DNA of 59,466 bases from a virus (IMGVR_UViG_3300046744_000160:1-59466); one strand, 5' to 3'. Positions 26,771-36,935 are shown, counted from the first letter of the stretch. Notes: generated by a model not told the origin, from the sequence alone. Translations and numbers: made by a program.

Positions 26771-26939
26771 CACCTAAATTATAAAGAGCCTCCTGCATAG
26801 GATTGTCGGAGGCTTTACCTCTTCCTGACATAAATACTTCTGCTGGACACCCTGTTTCGGGGTGATAGCTGACAGTTACAGAAAGACCCATTCCAACGTC
26901 TTCTGTTATACACGGCCTGCGATTAGGTAACTCAGACAT
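26679..26939 (-). CDS. Stand-alone TSCPD / NrdJ C-terminal-like small protein
   Basis: ELPNRRP.IT......VTV.Y....G.P.EVF..G...S..LQ pattern; strong GGAGG RBS. Confidence 0.6.
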   Translation of the reverse strand: MSELPNRRPCITEDVGMGLSVTVSYHPETGCPAEVFMSGRGKASDNPMQEALYNLGVKASLLMQEDSPYAQRDSEEPQASHASRTS

Positions 26940-27005
26940 TTTGTCCTCCTCTTTTATAAGTTATCCATCGTAAGGAGAACATTTAAGAAAAAACAGTCTT
27001 GACCT

Positions 27006-27164
27006 TTATCGTTTTTTTACTTCATAGCCTTCAGCTTTACAGAAGACATCAAAGATCACTTTAAGCTGCCCGGAAATACTTCTGTTTTCCATGTCAGCAA
27101 TCATCTTGATGCCCTTGTATATATCAATCGGAACTACGATTGATTTCCATTTAGAAACATTCAT
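27006..27164 (-). CDS. Ribbon-helix-helix-like DNA-binding protein, 52 aa (not in ORF track)
   Basis: Hand translation MNVSKWKSIVVPIDIYKGIKMIADMENRSISGQLKVIFDVFCKAEGYEVKKR*; strand-helix-RS-helix pattern; GAGG RBS. Confidence 0.75.
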   Translation of the reverse strand: MNVSKWKSIVVPIDIYKGIKMIADMENRSISGQLKVIFDVFCKAEGYEVKKR

Positions 27165-27197
27165 AACACCCTCGTTAGTGACTGTGTATTACAAGAG

Positions 27198-27226
27198 AAT
27201 ATAGGACTTTATGCACCTAAATACAA
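27198..27226 (-). promoter_or_regulatory. Sigma70-like promoter of the RHH gene
   Basis: Minus strand TTGTAT-17 bp-TATATT. Confidence 0.6.
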
Positions 27227-27229
27227 GGC

Positions 27230-27257
27230 AAAAAAAGGCCCCGCACAAGGCGGGGCA
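27230..27257 (-). terminator. Terminator after the DNA polymerase gene
   Basis: gccccgc-acaag-gcggggc with A-run on plus strand. Confidence 0.8.
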
Positions 27258-27291
27258 GGAGACGATAACCGTCTGGGAGGAAGCACTATGA

Positions 27292-29193
27292 TCACATTGA
27301 ACCGCCCCAAGAGGGGCCCATCTCAATATCCGTCTTCATAGGCACTTTTAGTTGTATCGCATTGCACATTGTTTCAGCAAGTTTTTTCGCTTCTTCTTCA
27401 CTTTTTACGCTAAAGGCCAACTCGTCATGCACTTGCAGTAAAGGCAGTGTCCCTTCCTTGTACAGGTCAACCATAGCTTTCTTGGTCATGTCTGCTGCTG
27501 ACGCCTGTATGAGACGATTAAGAGCTTTGTAGGCGTATGCTCGTTGCAGGCTGACGTTAGGCCCGTAGTGCGCTATTGCCTCGTCGTAGGTCATGGTCTT
27601 GTGCATACCAAAAGCCTTTGGTTCAAAATGTGGGAAACGGCACTTGCGCCCAAGAAGAGAGCGAATCGAACCTTCAGAGTTACCGTTCTGCACCCGGTCC
27701 TGCACCGCCCGCATTAACTTTTTAACGAAAGGAACCCGGTGGTCATATTGTTCCATAAGCTCTTTGGCTTCTTCCTTTGACAGATCTAGCTGATCAGAAA
27801 GCTTGCCTACGCCCATGCCATACATCATACCCAGATTGATTGTTTTAGCCTGTTTACGAGGGATGTCTGCCATACCTGCGACCATGTCGTGAAAGTCCAT
27901 GTCTGGGTCATTAGTGTACCCGTCAACAAATTTATCGACCTTTGGCATATCCAAGCCTGTGCCGTCCTGATAAGCAGCGGCAAAGTGAACCAAGATCCGT
28001 GGTTCCTGTTGCGAGTAGTCGATAGACGCCCACTGTTCACCTTCTTCTGGCATAAAGACTGACCGGATCATCGGTCCAAGGTCCGGGTGCCGTGCAGGAA
28101 TTTGCTGTAAGTTCGGGTTGGACATAGAGATCCGCCCACTGACGGTGCCCCCGTCATCGGATCTGATCTGGTTTATATGCCCGTGAATGCGGTTGTCTTT
28201 ACCGACATGCTTCATCAAGCCGTCCATGAAGGTATTCTTGCTTTTGTTATACTCACGGGCCTGCAAGATGCTCTTGGCAAGCTCATGGTTATGCGTAGCC
28301 AAAAAGCCTTTGGTAAAAGACGGAGCGCCCTTGTCTGTCTTTGGGTAAGGTATACTCAAGCTGTCAAAAGCATCGGCTATGGATTTAGCTGCCCATATCT
28401 CCACGTTGAACCCTGTCAGGTCCTTGATCCGCGATAAGGCTTTCTTTTCTTCTTTGAGCATAAACTGTGATGCGCGTTCTATGGCGTCGATGTCTACGCG
28501 AATACCCCGCAGTGTCATGTCCACCAAGCACGGTAGAAGATCACGCTCTAGTTCAAAGACGGTTGAGAGCCCTTGATTATTGACCTGCACCTTAAAATAT
28601 TTCCAAAGCTCCAACGTAAGGTCTGCGTCTGCGGTTGCGTATTCGCCCACAAACATTGCGGGCATCTTCCACATTTCGGCCTTGGGGTCTAAGCCAAAGC
28701 TTTTTGCAGCTTCGACTAATCCCTTCTCTGATTTGGTTTTGTTGATATGATCATAGCACACAGAGTTAAGGCTGAAGCTAAATCTGTTTTCATCCAAAAG
28801 AGCCGCAACTACCATCGTATCGACGATATTGCCGTTTACCTCAAACCCCTCTGCCTTGAGCCAGCCAAGATCATACTGTGCATTGTGCATGATCTTATCG
28901 CCCGGAGAGGCCAACACCTTCTTCATCCAGTTGTTTACTATTCGCTTGTCTAGGTTACCCCCACCAAGATGCCCGATAGGAAGATAGCCGCTCCATCCAT
29001 CAACGGCCACAGCGTAGCCCACTATTTCCCCATCCCCGCGGGGCCAGCCGGGGCCCAGTGTTTTGATATTTGGGTCTCTGGTCTCAAGATCAATTGCGAT
29101 CTCTGCGCGATCTGTGATGTCAGGTAACTCAGATGGTGGAACCCAGTCGGTTTCTTTATTGAACATGACAAGCTGTAGCCCTTGCGGTTTCAT
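27292..29193 (-). CDS. polA: DNA polymerase, family A, with 3'-5' exonuclease
   Basis: DLET exo I, HNAQYD exo II, SGR.S...PNLQQIP, DYSQQEPR motif A, KTINLGMMYG motif B, NRLIQ.SAAD, QVHDEL motif C. Confidence 0.97.
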   Translation of the reverse strand: MKPQGLQLVMFNKETDWVPPSELPDITDRAEIAIDLETRDPNIKTLGPGWPRGDGEIVGYAVAVDGWSGYLPIGHLGGGNLDKRIVNNWMKKVLASPGDKIMHNAQYDLGWLKAEGFEVNGNIVDTMVVAALLDENRFSFSLNSVCYDHINKTKSEKGLVEAAKSFGLDPKAEMWKMPAMFVGEYATADADLTLELWKYFKVQVNNQGLSTVFELERDLLPCLVDMTLRGIRVDIDAIERASQFMLKEEKKALSRIKDLTGFNVEIWAAKSIADAFDSLSIPYPKTDKGAPSFTKGFLATHNHELAKSILQAREYNKSKNTFMDGLMKHVGKDNRIHGHINQIRSDDGGTVSGRISMSNPNLQQIPARHPDLGPMIRSVFMPEEGEQWASIDYSQQEPRILVHFAAAYQDGTGLDMPKVDKFVDGYTNDPDMDFHDMVAGMADIPRKQAKTINLGMMYGMGVGKLSDQLDLSKEEAKELMEQYDHRVPFVKKLMRAVQDRVQNGNSEGSIRSLLGRKCRFPHFEPKAFGMHKTMTYDEAIAHYGPNVSLQRAYAYKALNRLIQASAADMTKKAMVDLYKEGTLPLLQVHDELAFSVKSEEEAKKLAETMCNAIQLKVPMKTDIEMGPSWGGSM

Positions 29194-29381
29194 TTGTTAT
29201 CCATTCTAACTGTAGCCCGTTGAAGGAGGAGGGATGCAAGATGCACCATTTGTTTTGGGGTCAGATCCTTTTGAGCTTGGCGCGTACCAATTACTAAAAG
29301 GCAGCCCGCATCGTTTGGAACGATCAGGACGGGATGATCCTCTTCTTCTGCTCGTTTGAGCATATATTCTTCATGCCTCAT
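29190..29381 (-). CDS. Hypothetical protein
   Basis: ATG 29381 overlaps the helicase stop; its stop overlaps the polymerase start. Confidence 0.6.
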   Translation of the reverse strand: MRHEEYMLKRAEEEDHPVLIVPNDAGCLLVIGTRQAQKDLTPKQMVHLASLLLQRATVRMDNK

Positions 29382-30910
29382 ATTGTGTAGCTCCTTAGAC
29401 CATCGACAGGGGAGACGATATACAAATTCTGTGAACATCGGGTGACGCCGACATAGAACAGTCGGTGTAAGTCGTCCATCATCTTAGACCCCTCAAGAGT
29501 ATTGGATGAAACGGCTTGGTCCGAAGCATATGAAATATCAGTGAAAAGCACAACATTGGTAGCCTCGCCACCCTTTGAGCCATGAATGGTAGACACCTTG
29601 ATCCGGGGTTCGCGAGTTAGGTCTTCCCCTCTACGCAAAATTGCTGCCACATATGTTTTCAAGTCTTCTGGTATTCGGTCCATCGCTACGTCCCACGTCA
29701 TATCCGCCGTGGCAAGAAGGCCGCAGTTTTCTTGTAATGCAGTAAGATTGAAAGTGTCCTTTACATCGACGCCGGATAAATTCTTAAATCCTCGTTTTAT
29801 CCGGGTGCCCGACTTCATGTAATAGTATAGGTTGCGGGCAGAGTGTACGTCGATCTCTGCGCCGTCTAACAAAGCCCGCCAAGACACCAAAGCTGACGAC
29901 AGCTTTTCACTAATGCTTTTGTTGCCCCTATTTTCAAAGTAATACCCATACTGCCGCATCAATTCACATGTCTCATTCAACATGTAATTACACTGGGCCA
30001 TGATCAACCAATCGTTTTCCATCAGCAAAGCCATTGGCGGACCAAACACGTTATCCACCTTTCCCTCCTCCGGCTTTGGGGCATACTCTTTAGGGCGGCG
30101 TGTTTTGATACGGTGCGCTATTCGGTTTGCTACGTTAAAAACCGCCTTTGGCACCCGGTATGATTGAGATAGGACTTCAGAGCCCTCTTCTACAGAAAGA
30201 AAGTGTTCAACGTCTGCGCCTGCCCAACGGTAAATGGCCTGATCGTCGTCCCCGGCAGCGTACATCCGGTTAGAGTTGTCGTCCAAAACGTGAGCTATCT
30301 CCCACTGTAATGGCGATAGATCCTGCGCCTCATCTAAGAAAACCAAATCAAAGCTTGGGCAGACCCGCCCACCATTCTCTGAGAACCATTCAAGTATGTC
30401 AGTGTAGTCATACAGGCGATTCGCGGTCTTGTATGAGCGGTACGCTTTATCCACAAACAGGACCGTGGTCAGCGGTTCGTCTATTGTGCTTTGTGAATAT
30501 GTGGTTTCAATGGGCTCTTTCTTCAGCCGGGATAGCTGGATGACCTGCATGATAGGGTTGTCCTTTGACTTAGTCCCAATGTCATCATCTTCATCCGTCA
30601 TCTTACCCGTTAGATTAAAACCAATTTCCAAACTGAACTCCGCCATGTGATCCGGGGTCATCAGTTGCTCTTGGTTTATGTCAGACAGATGATAGCAGAA
30701 GCTGTGCAGCGTTTTAAAGGAACTGAGATCGTTGTCGATGTCCAGTTTAAACCTCCGCGCAGCCCTCTCTCGCGCCTCTCTAGCGGCCTTACGAGTAAAA
30801 GCTAGGAAGGCGATGCGGCTAGGCGCGATGCCCTCCTCTAGGGCCTTCTCGACCATATTCAAAAGGGTGGTGGTTTTACCTGTGCCGGGTGGTCCGTAGA
30901 TTGTGAACAT
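29378..30910 (-). CDS. UvrD/Rep-like SF1 helicase
   Basis: GPPGTGKT, AFTRKAA, DEAQD, GDDDQAIY, QSYR, STIHGSKGGE, YVGVTR. Confidence 0.93.
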   Translation of the reverse strand: MFTIYGPPGTGKTTTLLNMVEKALEEGIAPSRIAFLAFTRKAAREARERAARRFKLDIDNDLSSFKTLHSFCYHLSDINQEQLMTPDHMAEFSLEIGFNLTGKMTDEDDDIGTKSKDNPIMQVIQLSRLKKEPIETTYSQSTIDEPLTTVLFVDKAYRSYKTANRLYDYTDILEWFSENGGRVCPSFDLVFLDEAQDLSPLQWEIAHVLDDNSNRMYAAGDDDQAIYRWAGADVEHFLSVEEGSEVLSQSYRVPKAVFNVANRIAHRIKTRRPKEYAPKPEEGKVDNVFGPPMALLMENDWLIMAQCNYMLNETCELMRQYGYYFENRGNKSISEKLSSALVSWRALLDGAEIDVHSARNLYYYMKSGTRIKRGFKNLSGVDVKDTFNLTALQENCGLLATADMTWDVAMDRIPEDLKTYVAAILRRGEDLTREPRIKVSTIHGSKGGEATNVVLFTDISYASDQAVSSNTLEGSKMMDDLHRLFYVGVTRCSQNLYIVSPVDGLRSYTI

Positions 30911-32454
30911 TAGAACGGAATGTCCTGTTCATTCACCCCCTCAAACTTGCGAGGTTTGATGTCGGTATCTGCCATTTCGTAAGCAGGAATTGACCACACC
31001 CTCACGACACGATTTTTGATCCTTAATGACACGGACTCGCCACCTATATCTCGCAGAAGTTGAGCGATCTTATGTGTCTTAAATTCAAAGAAGCGTTGCC
31101 GTTTAAGATAGCTTTCAAAGTCCTTGAGGCGAAAGTAGGTGAGATTTTCCTCTTCATCGGTCCAAGGACGACGAAGCAGTATCTCCTCTTTGTCCGCCGC
31201 GGTTTGCATATTGCGGCAAAAGTCCTCAAGGAACTCGTAAAAAGCGCCGTCCACAGATGAGTCTTCACTAGCCTGCATGACACCCCCTTCCGTCTCTGTC
31301 ATGTCACGCAGTAGTGCGGCGACCCGGTTTTCCCAAATCACTTTACTCACTGTGGGCGGCATTACGTTCAACTGCTCTATACAAGCGCGTTGAAATGTTG
31401 GTTGGTTCTGTAAGCCCTCTGTGTCTAGCTGCAACGGTTCCCCGTTAACATCCATGAACCATATGGGGGGCTTTGAATTATACTTCCTAAGATTTGCAAC
31501 AGATGCGGCCTGACCTACGTTACCTACGCCAAACTTACGGGTAAGGCACTTCTCTTTGTCGCAATGATCATTGATTGGCGCGTCACCGCACTTAAAAGCG
31601 TAATCCTTGCGATTAAGCTGTTTGGCAAGGATATTGACCTCTGCCAAAGGTAACGGAGGCTCAAAGTGGTTCATGTTATACTTCATAAGCTCATCTTCCC
31701 ATGTGTCTGGGAACGCTTTACGAAGGTACACACCTATGTTGAACAGCCCGTTATTGCGAGTACCCTCCGGGAATCCTTGAGTACAAAGATACTGTAAGCA
31801 CGGGGGCCCGTCCTTTATGGGAGTCGATTCATTCTTTTCAATCGTAAGGGCCTGAACCTGCTCTGGGGTCTGCTTATTTGATTCATACAGATCAATGAAC
31901 TCTGAAAGGGTAGCTGCGCTGCCATCAGGGTTGAAAGCGTAGCGGAGGCTCTCTTCATGGTTATAATAGGGAAGATTGAGGAAGTTACCCACGTCACCCC
32001 TGTCGAGGTGGAGACGAATTTGCTTGGGAAAAATCTCACTTCCAGAATAACCCAACGCTGCTGAAATAGACGACAGTGTATCCTGAAGATCTTTTGCCGA
32101 TATCCAATCTGAAACAAACATAAAAACATGAGCGCCCCCAGATTTTGACCTGCACACAACGAGCGGCAGTTTCATTTCTGCAATCTTGTCTATCAATTCC
32201 TTGTGGTTGAAACCGCTATACTGGTCAACGTCGATGCAGCCCCACTTGCACATGTTGTTTTCGTTAATGGGGATGATGCCAATAGCAGGACCCTTACCAG
32301 AGAGGTGGCCCTCCCAAGTTTCTTTTGTGCGCGGCGATTTGATGACACTGGCTTGACCTGCCTGTTTGCCATTAGATTGCTGCCTCTGGATCTCGTAGGT
32401 GCCGTAAGCAACCTCCAGTCCAGAAAATATTTGTGAAAACTTTTCTGCCGACAT
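30910..32454 (-). CDS. AEP-type primase(-polymerase) with PriCT-like domain
   Basis: WGCIDVD, RSKSGGAH, NLPY, PPCL...EG.RNN.LF. Confidence 0.85.
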   Translation of the reverse strand: MSAEKFSQIFSGLEVAYGTYEIQRQQSNGKQAGQASVIKSPRTKETWEGHLSGKGPAIGIIPINENNMCKWGCIDVDQYSGFNHKELIDKIAEMKLPLVVCRSKSGGAHVFMFVSDWISAKDLQDTLSSISAALGYSGSEIFPKQIRLHLDRGDVGNFLNLPYYNHEESLRYAFNPDGSAATLSEFIDLYESNKQTPEQVQALTIEKNESTPIKDGPPCLQYLCTQGFPEGTRNNGLFNIGVYLRKAFPDTWEDELMKYNMNHFEPPLPLAEVNILAKQLNRKDYAFKCGDAPINDHCDKEKCLTRKFGVGNVGQAASVANLRKYNSKPPIWFMDVNGEPLQLDTEGLQNQPTFQRACIEQLNVMPPTVSKVIWENRVAALLRDMTETEGGVMQASEDSSVDGAFYEFLEDFCRNMQTAADKEEILLRRPWTDEEENLTYFRLKDFESYLKRQRFFEFKTHKIAQLLRDIGGESVSLRIKNRVVRVWSIPAYEMADTDIKPRKFEGVNEQDIPF

Positions 32455-32463
32455 AACGACCTC

Positions 32464-32494
32464 AAAAAAGAAGGGTGCAGCTTACACTGCACCC
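32464..32494 (-). terminator. Terminator-like hairpin after the SSB-like gene
   Basis: gggtgcag-cttaca-ctgcaccc with A-rich run on plus strand. Confidence 0.7.
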
Positions 32495-32500
32495 AAAAGC

Positions 32501-33328
32501 CTAAAAGGGGATATCATCATCCAACTTGTCATTCTTCTTTGCTGGTGCAGGAGTCTTCCCGCCTGACCCAGCATCTTCAGACTGATGCTTGACGTTGACT
32601 TCACCTTTTTCTATCGACTGATTGAAAAGCTTCGCGGCGTTGTACAGCGCGGCATTTTCAACGGGGCCTTCTACGCTCATCTCCCAACCATGCCAGCTTC
32701 CCTTGCTGTTCTCTTCCCCTACTGTTTTCAAACGGTAGACGTGACTGAACATCGGTGGCACAAACGGACCATTTTGACCTTGCATCTGCCGGGACAAAAT
32801 CATGCTCATCCACTTCTTGGATTTCTTTAACTGAGACATTTTCATCGCAATCAAAGCATCGGAAGAGGTGCCATCCGGCTGAACGACTTTTACATACCAC
32901 TGAGCGGTCTGTTCAATATACTCCCCGTTTCCGTCTACGACATATTCGCGGTTGTCGTTTTCATCACGCTTCGTTTCCGGCATTGTGTCGTTAGGATCGT
33001 AGATTGCGGACGGGGCACCACTGCCCTCTCCACGAGGGGCCCATTGAATGTACTTACGCTGGTAAGCACAAGGCACGACAAGAACCCCGTCTTTTCCTTT
33101 GATAACCTCCCCGGTGACACTGTTGAGGATATCGCCCTTGCGGACATCCTCCCGCTCATCAAGAATTTTGTCCAAACCAGACACAATCTTGAGAAACGGC
33201 AACGCCATGTCGTCGGATTGAATGTTTTTCAGACCCGCTTGTGCGTCTGCTTCAAACATTGAAGGAATCATTACTGCCACACCTTTTTCTTCGGTTGGTG
33301 CTACCGCATTTTTATTTCCAGCCATCAT
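32501..33328 (-). CDS. Putative single-stranded DNA-binding protein
   Basis: Start reassigned to ATG 33328 (AAGGAG); acidic C-terminal DDDIPF; replication module position. Confidence 0.7.
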   Translation of the reverse strand: MMAGNKNAVAPTEEKGVAVMIPSMFEADAQAGLKNIQSDDMALPFLKIVSGLDKILDEREDVRKGDILNSVTGEVIKGKDGVLVVPCAYQRKYIQWAPRGEGSGAPSAIYDPNDTMPETKRDENDNREYVVDGNGEYIEQTAQWYVKVVQPDGTSSDALIAMKMSQLKKSKKWMSMILSRQMQGQNGPFVPPMFSHVYRLKTVGEENSKGSWHGWEMSVEGPVENAALYNAAKLFNQSIEKGEVNVKHQSEDAGSGGKTPAPAKKNDKLDDDIPF

Positions 33329-33903
33329 TTTGCTCCTTTGATAATAGCTCTTTGGGCTATATACGCCCCAAACAATTCCATTGGGAACGGTTTGCCATCT
33401 TCCGTTTGCTCTTTTACCCAAGCCCTTAAAGTTGAAGAGTGGACGCTTTCGGACTGCTCCGGGCTTAACCCGGATTGCTCTAATTGACTTTTTATTACTT
33501 GAGCCTTGTCGTCCTCGCCCATGCCGAAATTCACCGACACGATGTTTTTGACCATGTCCCCAAAGCCGTTGTCTCGCAGCCATTGGTGTGCCTCCTCCCT
33601 TTGATCTACGGGAATGCTTGCCCCGTAAATTTTCTTTATGGTGACCTCAGAACCGTCGTCCAGTTTGAACGCACTCAGTCCCATTTCCGCCAAAAAGGTA
33701 GGAAGCTCATCGTCGGTTAAACGAAGCAGTTCTTTCTTTGCCTTGGTGAGATTTTCTTGCAACGAGGCCACTGTTTGTTCTTGGACCGCTATCTGTTTTG
33801 CAAGTTTAGCAATGCCTTTAAGATTGCTATCATCAAAGTTGCCTAATGGATTTGCCACTCTTTCTTGAGTGTCAGATTCCATCAGAGAGGATAAATCCTT
33901 CAT
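33325..33903 (-). CDS. Conserved replication-module protein
   Basis: 192 aa; LP..LAEMGL..FKL.DGS.V...A..WLR.NG.GD.VKN...VH.STL.AWV.E. Confidence 0.75.
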   Translation of the reverse strand: MKDLSSLMESDTQERVANPLGNFDDSNLKGIAKLAKQIAVQEQTVASLQENLTKAKKELLRLTDDELPTFLAEMGLSAFKLDDGSEVTIKKIYGASIPVDQREEAHQWLRDNGFGDMVKNIVSVNFGMGEDDKAQVIKSQLEQSGLSPEQSESVHSSTLRAWVKEQTEDGKPFPMELFGAYIAQRAIIKGAK

Positions 33904-33957
33904 ACTATTCTCCGTCGTTCACTGTTCATCGTTAATGTTTTAGTGTTTTTTGGACAC

Positions 33958-33997
33958 TTGATTAATCCTATATAATGACATATGTTCGTATAGTCAA
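33958..33997. promoter_or_regulatory. Overlapping divergent sigma70-like promoters for the replication operon and SNF2 helicase
   Basis: Plus TTGATT (33958)-17-TATGTT; minus TTGACT (33997-33992)-17-TATATA. Confidence 0.65.
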
Positions 33998-34011
33998 GGA
34001 GATTTAAAAAA

Positions 34012-35466
34012 ATGTCTGATCCAAAAGAATACAAATTTAAAACAAAGCCTTACGATCATCAGAGGTCCGTGTTCCGTGATTCTCGTGACAGGTTTTCTTA
34101 TGCGTTATTCATGGAAATGGGAACGGGCAAATCGAAGGTTGTCGTTGATACGGTTGGATATCTTAGGGAAAAGGGCGAGATTGATTCGGTATTAATCGTA
34201 GCACCTAAAGGTGTGTTTCATAACTGGGTTCGTAAAGAAATTCCATCGCATCTGCCCGACAGAATTGAAACCACCGTGTTGGCGTGGCAGCCGACTGTCA
34301 CCAAAAAGTTCCGGGATGAATTTATGGAGTTGGCTCAGTCGAAGGCTCTACGGGTCTTTGTGATGAATGTTGAAGCGTTCTCAACACCGAAAGGCGCGGA
34401 TACTGCGTTGTGGTTTGCTCAGAAGTTTGGTGCAAGGGGCATGATGGTGGTTGACGAATCAACGTCAATCAAGAACCGCAAGGCCAACAGAACGAAAGCG
34501 GTTAACGCCGCCGGGGAATATTTCAAATACAAACGGCTGCTCACGGGGTCTCCTGTAACCAAGTCACCTATGGATCTATATTCACAGTGTGAGTTCCTTG
34601 GTAGGGAATTGCTGGGCTTTACCAGTTACTACCCGTTTCAAGGACGTTATGCTGTCGTGCAAAAGCGCACGATGGGTCACAGGTCTTTTCAACAAATCGT
34701 TGGTTTTCGTCGTTTGGATGAGCTTAACGAAAAGCTAGACGCTTTTAGTAACAGGGTACTCAAGAAGGATTGTCTTGATTTGCCAGACAAGGTTTACATC
34801 CGTCGGGAAGTTGAACTGACAAAGGAACAGCACACGCTGTACCAACAGATGAGCAAGCTGGCTTTAGCTCAACTTGATGACGGTACTTTAGCCACCACTA
34901 ACAACGTCCTGACACAGATCATGCGGCTACAACAGATATGCTGCGGGTTTATCAAGAACGACGAAGATGAAGTTTCTGAAGTAAAATCCACAAGACTTCA
35001 AGAGCTTTTGAATGTTTGTGAAGAAGTTAGCGGTAAAGTCATCATATGGGCCACATACGTTCACGACATTGAAAAAATATGTGAAGCCTTGACGAAGGAA
35101 TATGGTCTGCAAAGCTTTGGCGCTTTTTATGGAGCCACCAAACAAGAAGAAAGACAGCGTATCATTGAGGAGTTCCAAGACCCGGAATCGGAGATGCAGT
35201 TTTTTGTGGGCAACTCACGCACGGGCGGCATGGGTATCACCCTGACAGAAGCTAACACTGTCATATACTATTCAAACAATTACGACTTAGAGGTGCGGCT
35301 ACAGTCTGAAGACCGGGCCCACCGCATTGGGCAAAAGAACAACGTCACATACATCGACCTTGTGTCGCCAAAGACAATTGACGAGAAGATTCTTAAAGCA
35401 CTTACTAATAAACAAAACATAGCAAGCACGGTTTTAGGAGAGGAACTGAGAGAATGGCTATCTTAG
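34012..35466 (+). CDS. SNF2-family (SF2) helicase
   Basis: PYDHQ, MEMGTGKS, VVDES, LTGSP, G.GITLT.A, QSEDRAHRIGQ. Confidence 0.93.
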   Translation: MSDPKEYKFKTKPYDHQRSVFRDSRDRFSYALFMEMGTGKSKVVVDTVGYLREKGEIDSVLIVAPKGVFHNWVRKEIPSHLPDRIETTVLAWQPTVTKKFRDEFMELAQSKALRVFVMNVEAFSTPKGADTALWFAQKFGARGMMVVDESTSIKNRKANRTKAVNAAGEYFKYKRLLTGSPVTKSPMDLYSQCEFLGRELLGFTSYYPFQGRYAVVQKRTMGHRSFQQIVGFRRLDELNEKLDAFSNRVLKKDCLDLPDKVYIRREVELTKEQHTLYQQMSKLALAQLDDGTLATTNNVLTQIMRLQQICCGFIKNDEDEVSEVKSTRLQELLNVCEEVSGKVIIWATYVHDIEKICEALTKEYGLQSFGAFYGATKQEERQRIIEEFQDPESEMQFFVGNSRTGGMGITLTEANTVIYYSNNYDLEVRLQSEDRAHRIGQKNNVTYIDLVSPKTIDEKILKALTNKQNIASTVLGEELREWLS

Positions 35467-35618
35467 AGGCTGGGGACGGAACCCTACAAAAAAGGTTAGA
35501 TGCGGGCCGTTGTCCGAAGTGTGACATCACACTACCACCCATTAACGACAAAGGTTGTGTTCAATGTTGGGTGTGCAAACTGCAAATCGCTGGTGTAAAG
35601 GAAAAATTAAATGGCTGA
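35454..35618 (+). CDS. 54-aa zinc-ribbon protein (not in ORF track)
   Basis: Hand translation MAILEAGDGTLQKRLDAGRCPKCDITLPPINDKGCVQCWVCKLQIAGVKEKLNG*; overlaps both neighbours. Confidence 0.7.
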   Translation: MAILEAGDGTLQKRLDAGRCPKCDITLPPINDKGCVQCWVCKLQIAGVKEKLNG

Positions 35619-35859
35619 AAAACACCCACCGGGATATCAATATTATCAGACATTTGATGTAACGGTTCACGTTACCTATGCAAAAAGCTACAAGATCCGG
35701 GCCATGAACGATGATCATGCGGTAGCCTTGGCAAGGAACAGGTTAAGAAAACGTCACAAGTCTACCGATGCAAAAGGCTTGGGTTTCGTAGATGCTGTTG
35801 GTGTGAAGGCCAAGCGCATTCGTGAGGATGGCGTGTCTGTGGATCTTGAAGAGGATTAG
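35611..35859 (+). CDS. Hypothetical protein
   Basis: 82 aa; AAGGA RBS. Confidence 0.65.
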   Translation: MAEKHPPGYQYYQTFDVTVHVTYAKSYKIRAMNDDHAVALARNRLRKRHKSTDAKGLGFVDAVGVKAKRIREDGVSVDLEED

Positions 35860-36935
35860 AACCTTTTGTTAATAAAGATGCTTCCTTCAGGTTCGCCGCC
35901 AAGCATACGACCTTCTATTGTTAAGAACGTGTCGTCTCCTAACGGAGCGTCAATCAAAGGTTTAAGTCCGTATAATCGTGCGGCAACGTCTGCAATCCCC
36001 GATAAATTTTGTTTAGTGTTTTTGTTGATGGGGATATATCCCCCTTGCCCATCACTTGCATAATTTTTAAAGAATTGCTGGTCAAAATCATTTTCAGCTT
36101 GAAGGCCAAGACCCGGAGCGCCTCGTAGCAAATCTATAATGCTAAGAGGGCCCTCCCGATCACTTAAATTAAAGGCTACTTGATTGTCTGGATTAATTTG
36201 TGGAGCTTCACTGAATCGATACTGGTTTCGGAAAAAATCTCCAGCATCTTTCTCAAAGTTCTCTGGAGCGGCTTTTTGTATTACACTTTCCTCAATGTTT
36301 CCCGAAGCGGAGGGTGCTTTACCTGTAGCAAATATTCCTTTTTGTAAATTGGGATTGCCCTCTTCTATGACACCGGGGATCATTACATTTTCAGTTCCTG
36401 AAAGAAAATTTAAAAAACCACCAAGAGGTAGAAAGTTTGGTGCCTTATCAATTAAACCCGCTATACCTTGCCGTGGAGGAGCAGGCACAGTCCTACCCAA
36501 TCGTGTCAGTTGGTCTGAGCGAAAGGGTCTAAGTTTGCCGTCATCACCAAAAGGATTTAGATACTTGTCGTAAGCCCTAAGTTTACGAGCGTTGATCTGT
36601 GCCGGGGTCATGTTGTCACGGTAATCTAAAGCGCCAAAGGGGTTATTAAACAACCGCCCTTCGTTCCCAAAAGGATCTTGGTCTGTTCGTTGCGTTACCT
36701 CTAAATATTCGTCAAAAGACAGCGTTTGACCATCATCTTTTGGATCGTAACTGCTACCAAACCTGCCGCGAACACGGCCTGCTTTAGCCGCCATGCGATC
36801 AAGTTGATTAACTATGTCTTGTTGTTGACTTTTTGTTTCGGCAAATTCTCCTTTAAAGGACTCTGCGTTAAAGGCATCACGCCTGTCGCGCCTTGACCGT
36901 TCAGCTTCTCTTTCTATTTTATCTCTGGGTGACAT
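35856..36935 (-). CDS. Hypothetical protein, last gene of the internal-virion operon
   Basis: 359 aa; coupled to the lysozyme gene; contains GIAGL motif. Confidence 0.65.
   Translation of the reverse strand: MSPRDKIEREAERSRRDRRDAFNAESFKGEFAETKSQQQDIVNQLDRMAAKAGRVRGRFGSSYDPKDDGQTLSFDEYLEVTQRTDQDPFGNEGRLFNNPFGALDYRDNMTPAQINARKLRAYDKYLNPFGDDGKLRPFRSDQLTRLGRTVPAPPRQGIAGLIDKAPNFLPLGGFLNFLSGTENVMIPGVIEEGNPNLQKGIFATGKAPSASGNIEESVIQKAAPENFEKDAGDFFRNQYRFSEAPQINPDNQVAFNLSDREGPLSIIDLLRGAPGLGLQAENDFDQQFFKNYASDGQGGYIPINKNTKQNLSGIADVAARLYGLKPLIDAPLGDDTFLTIEGRMLGGEPEGSIFINKRF

Noticed and set aside
32501-33583. 360-aa version of the SSB-like ORF
   Set aside because: The first 85 codons overlap the upstream gene; the RBS supports a start at 33328
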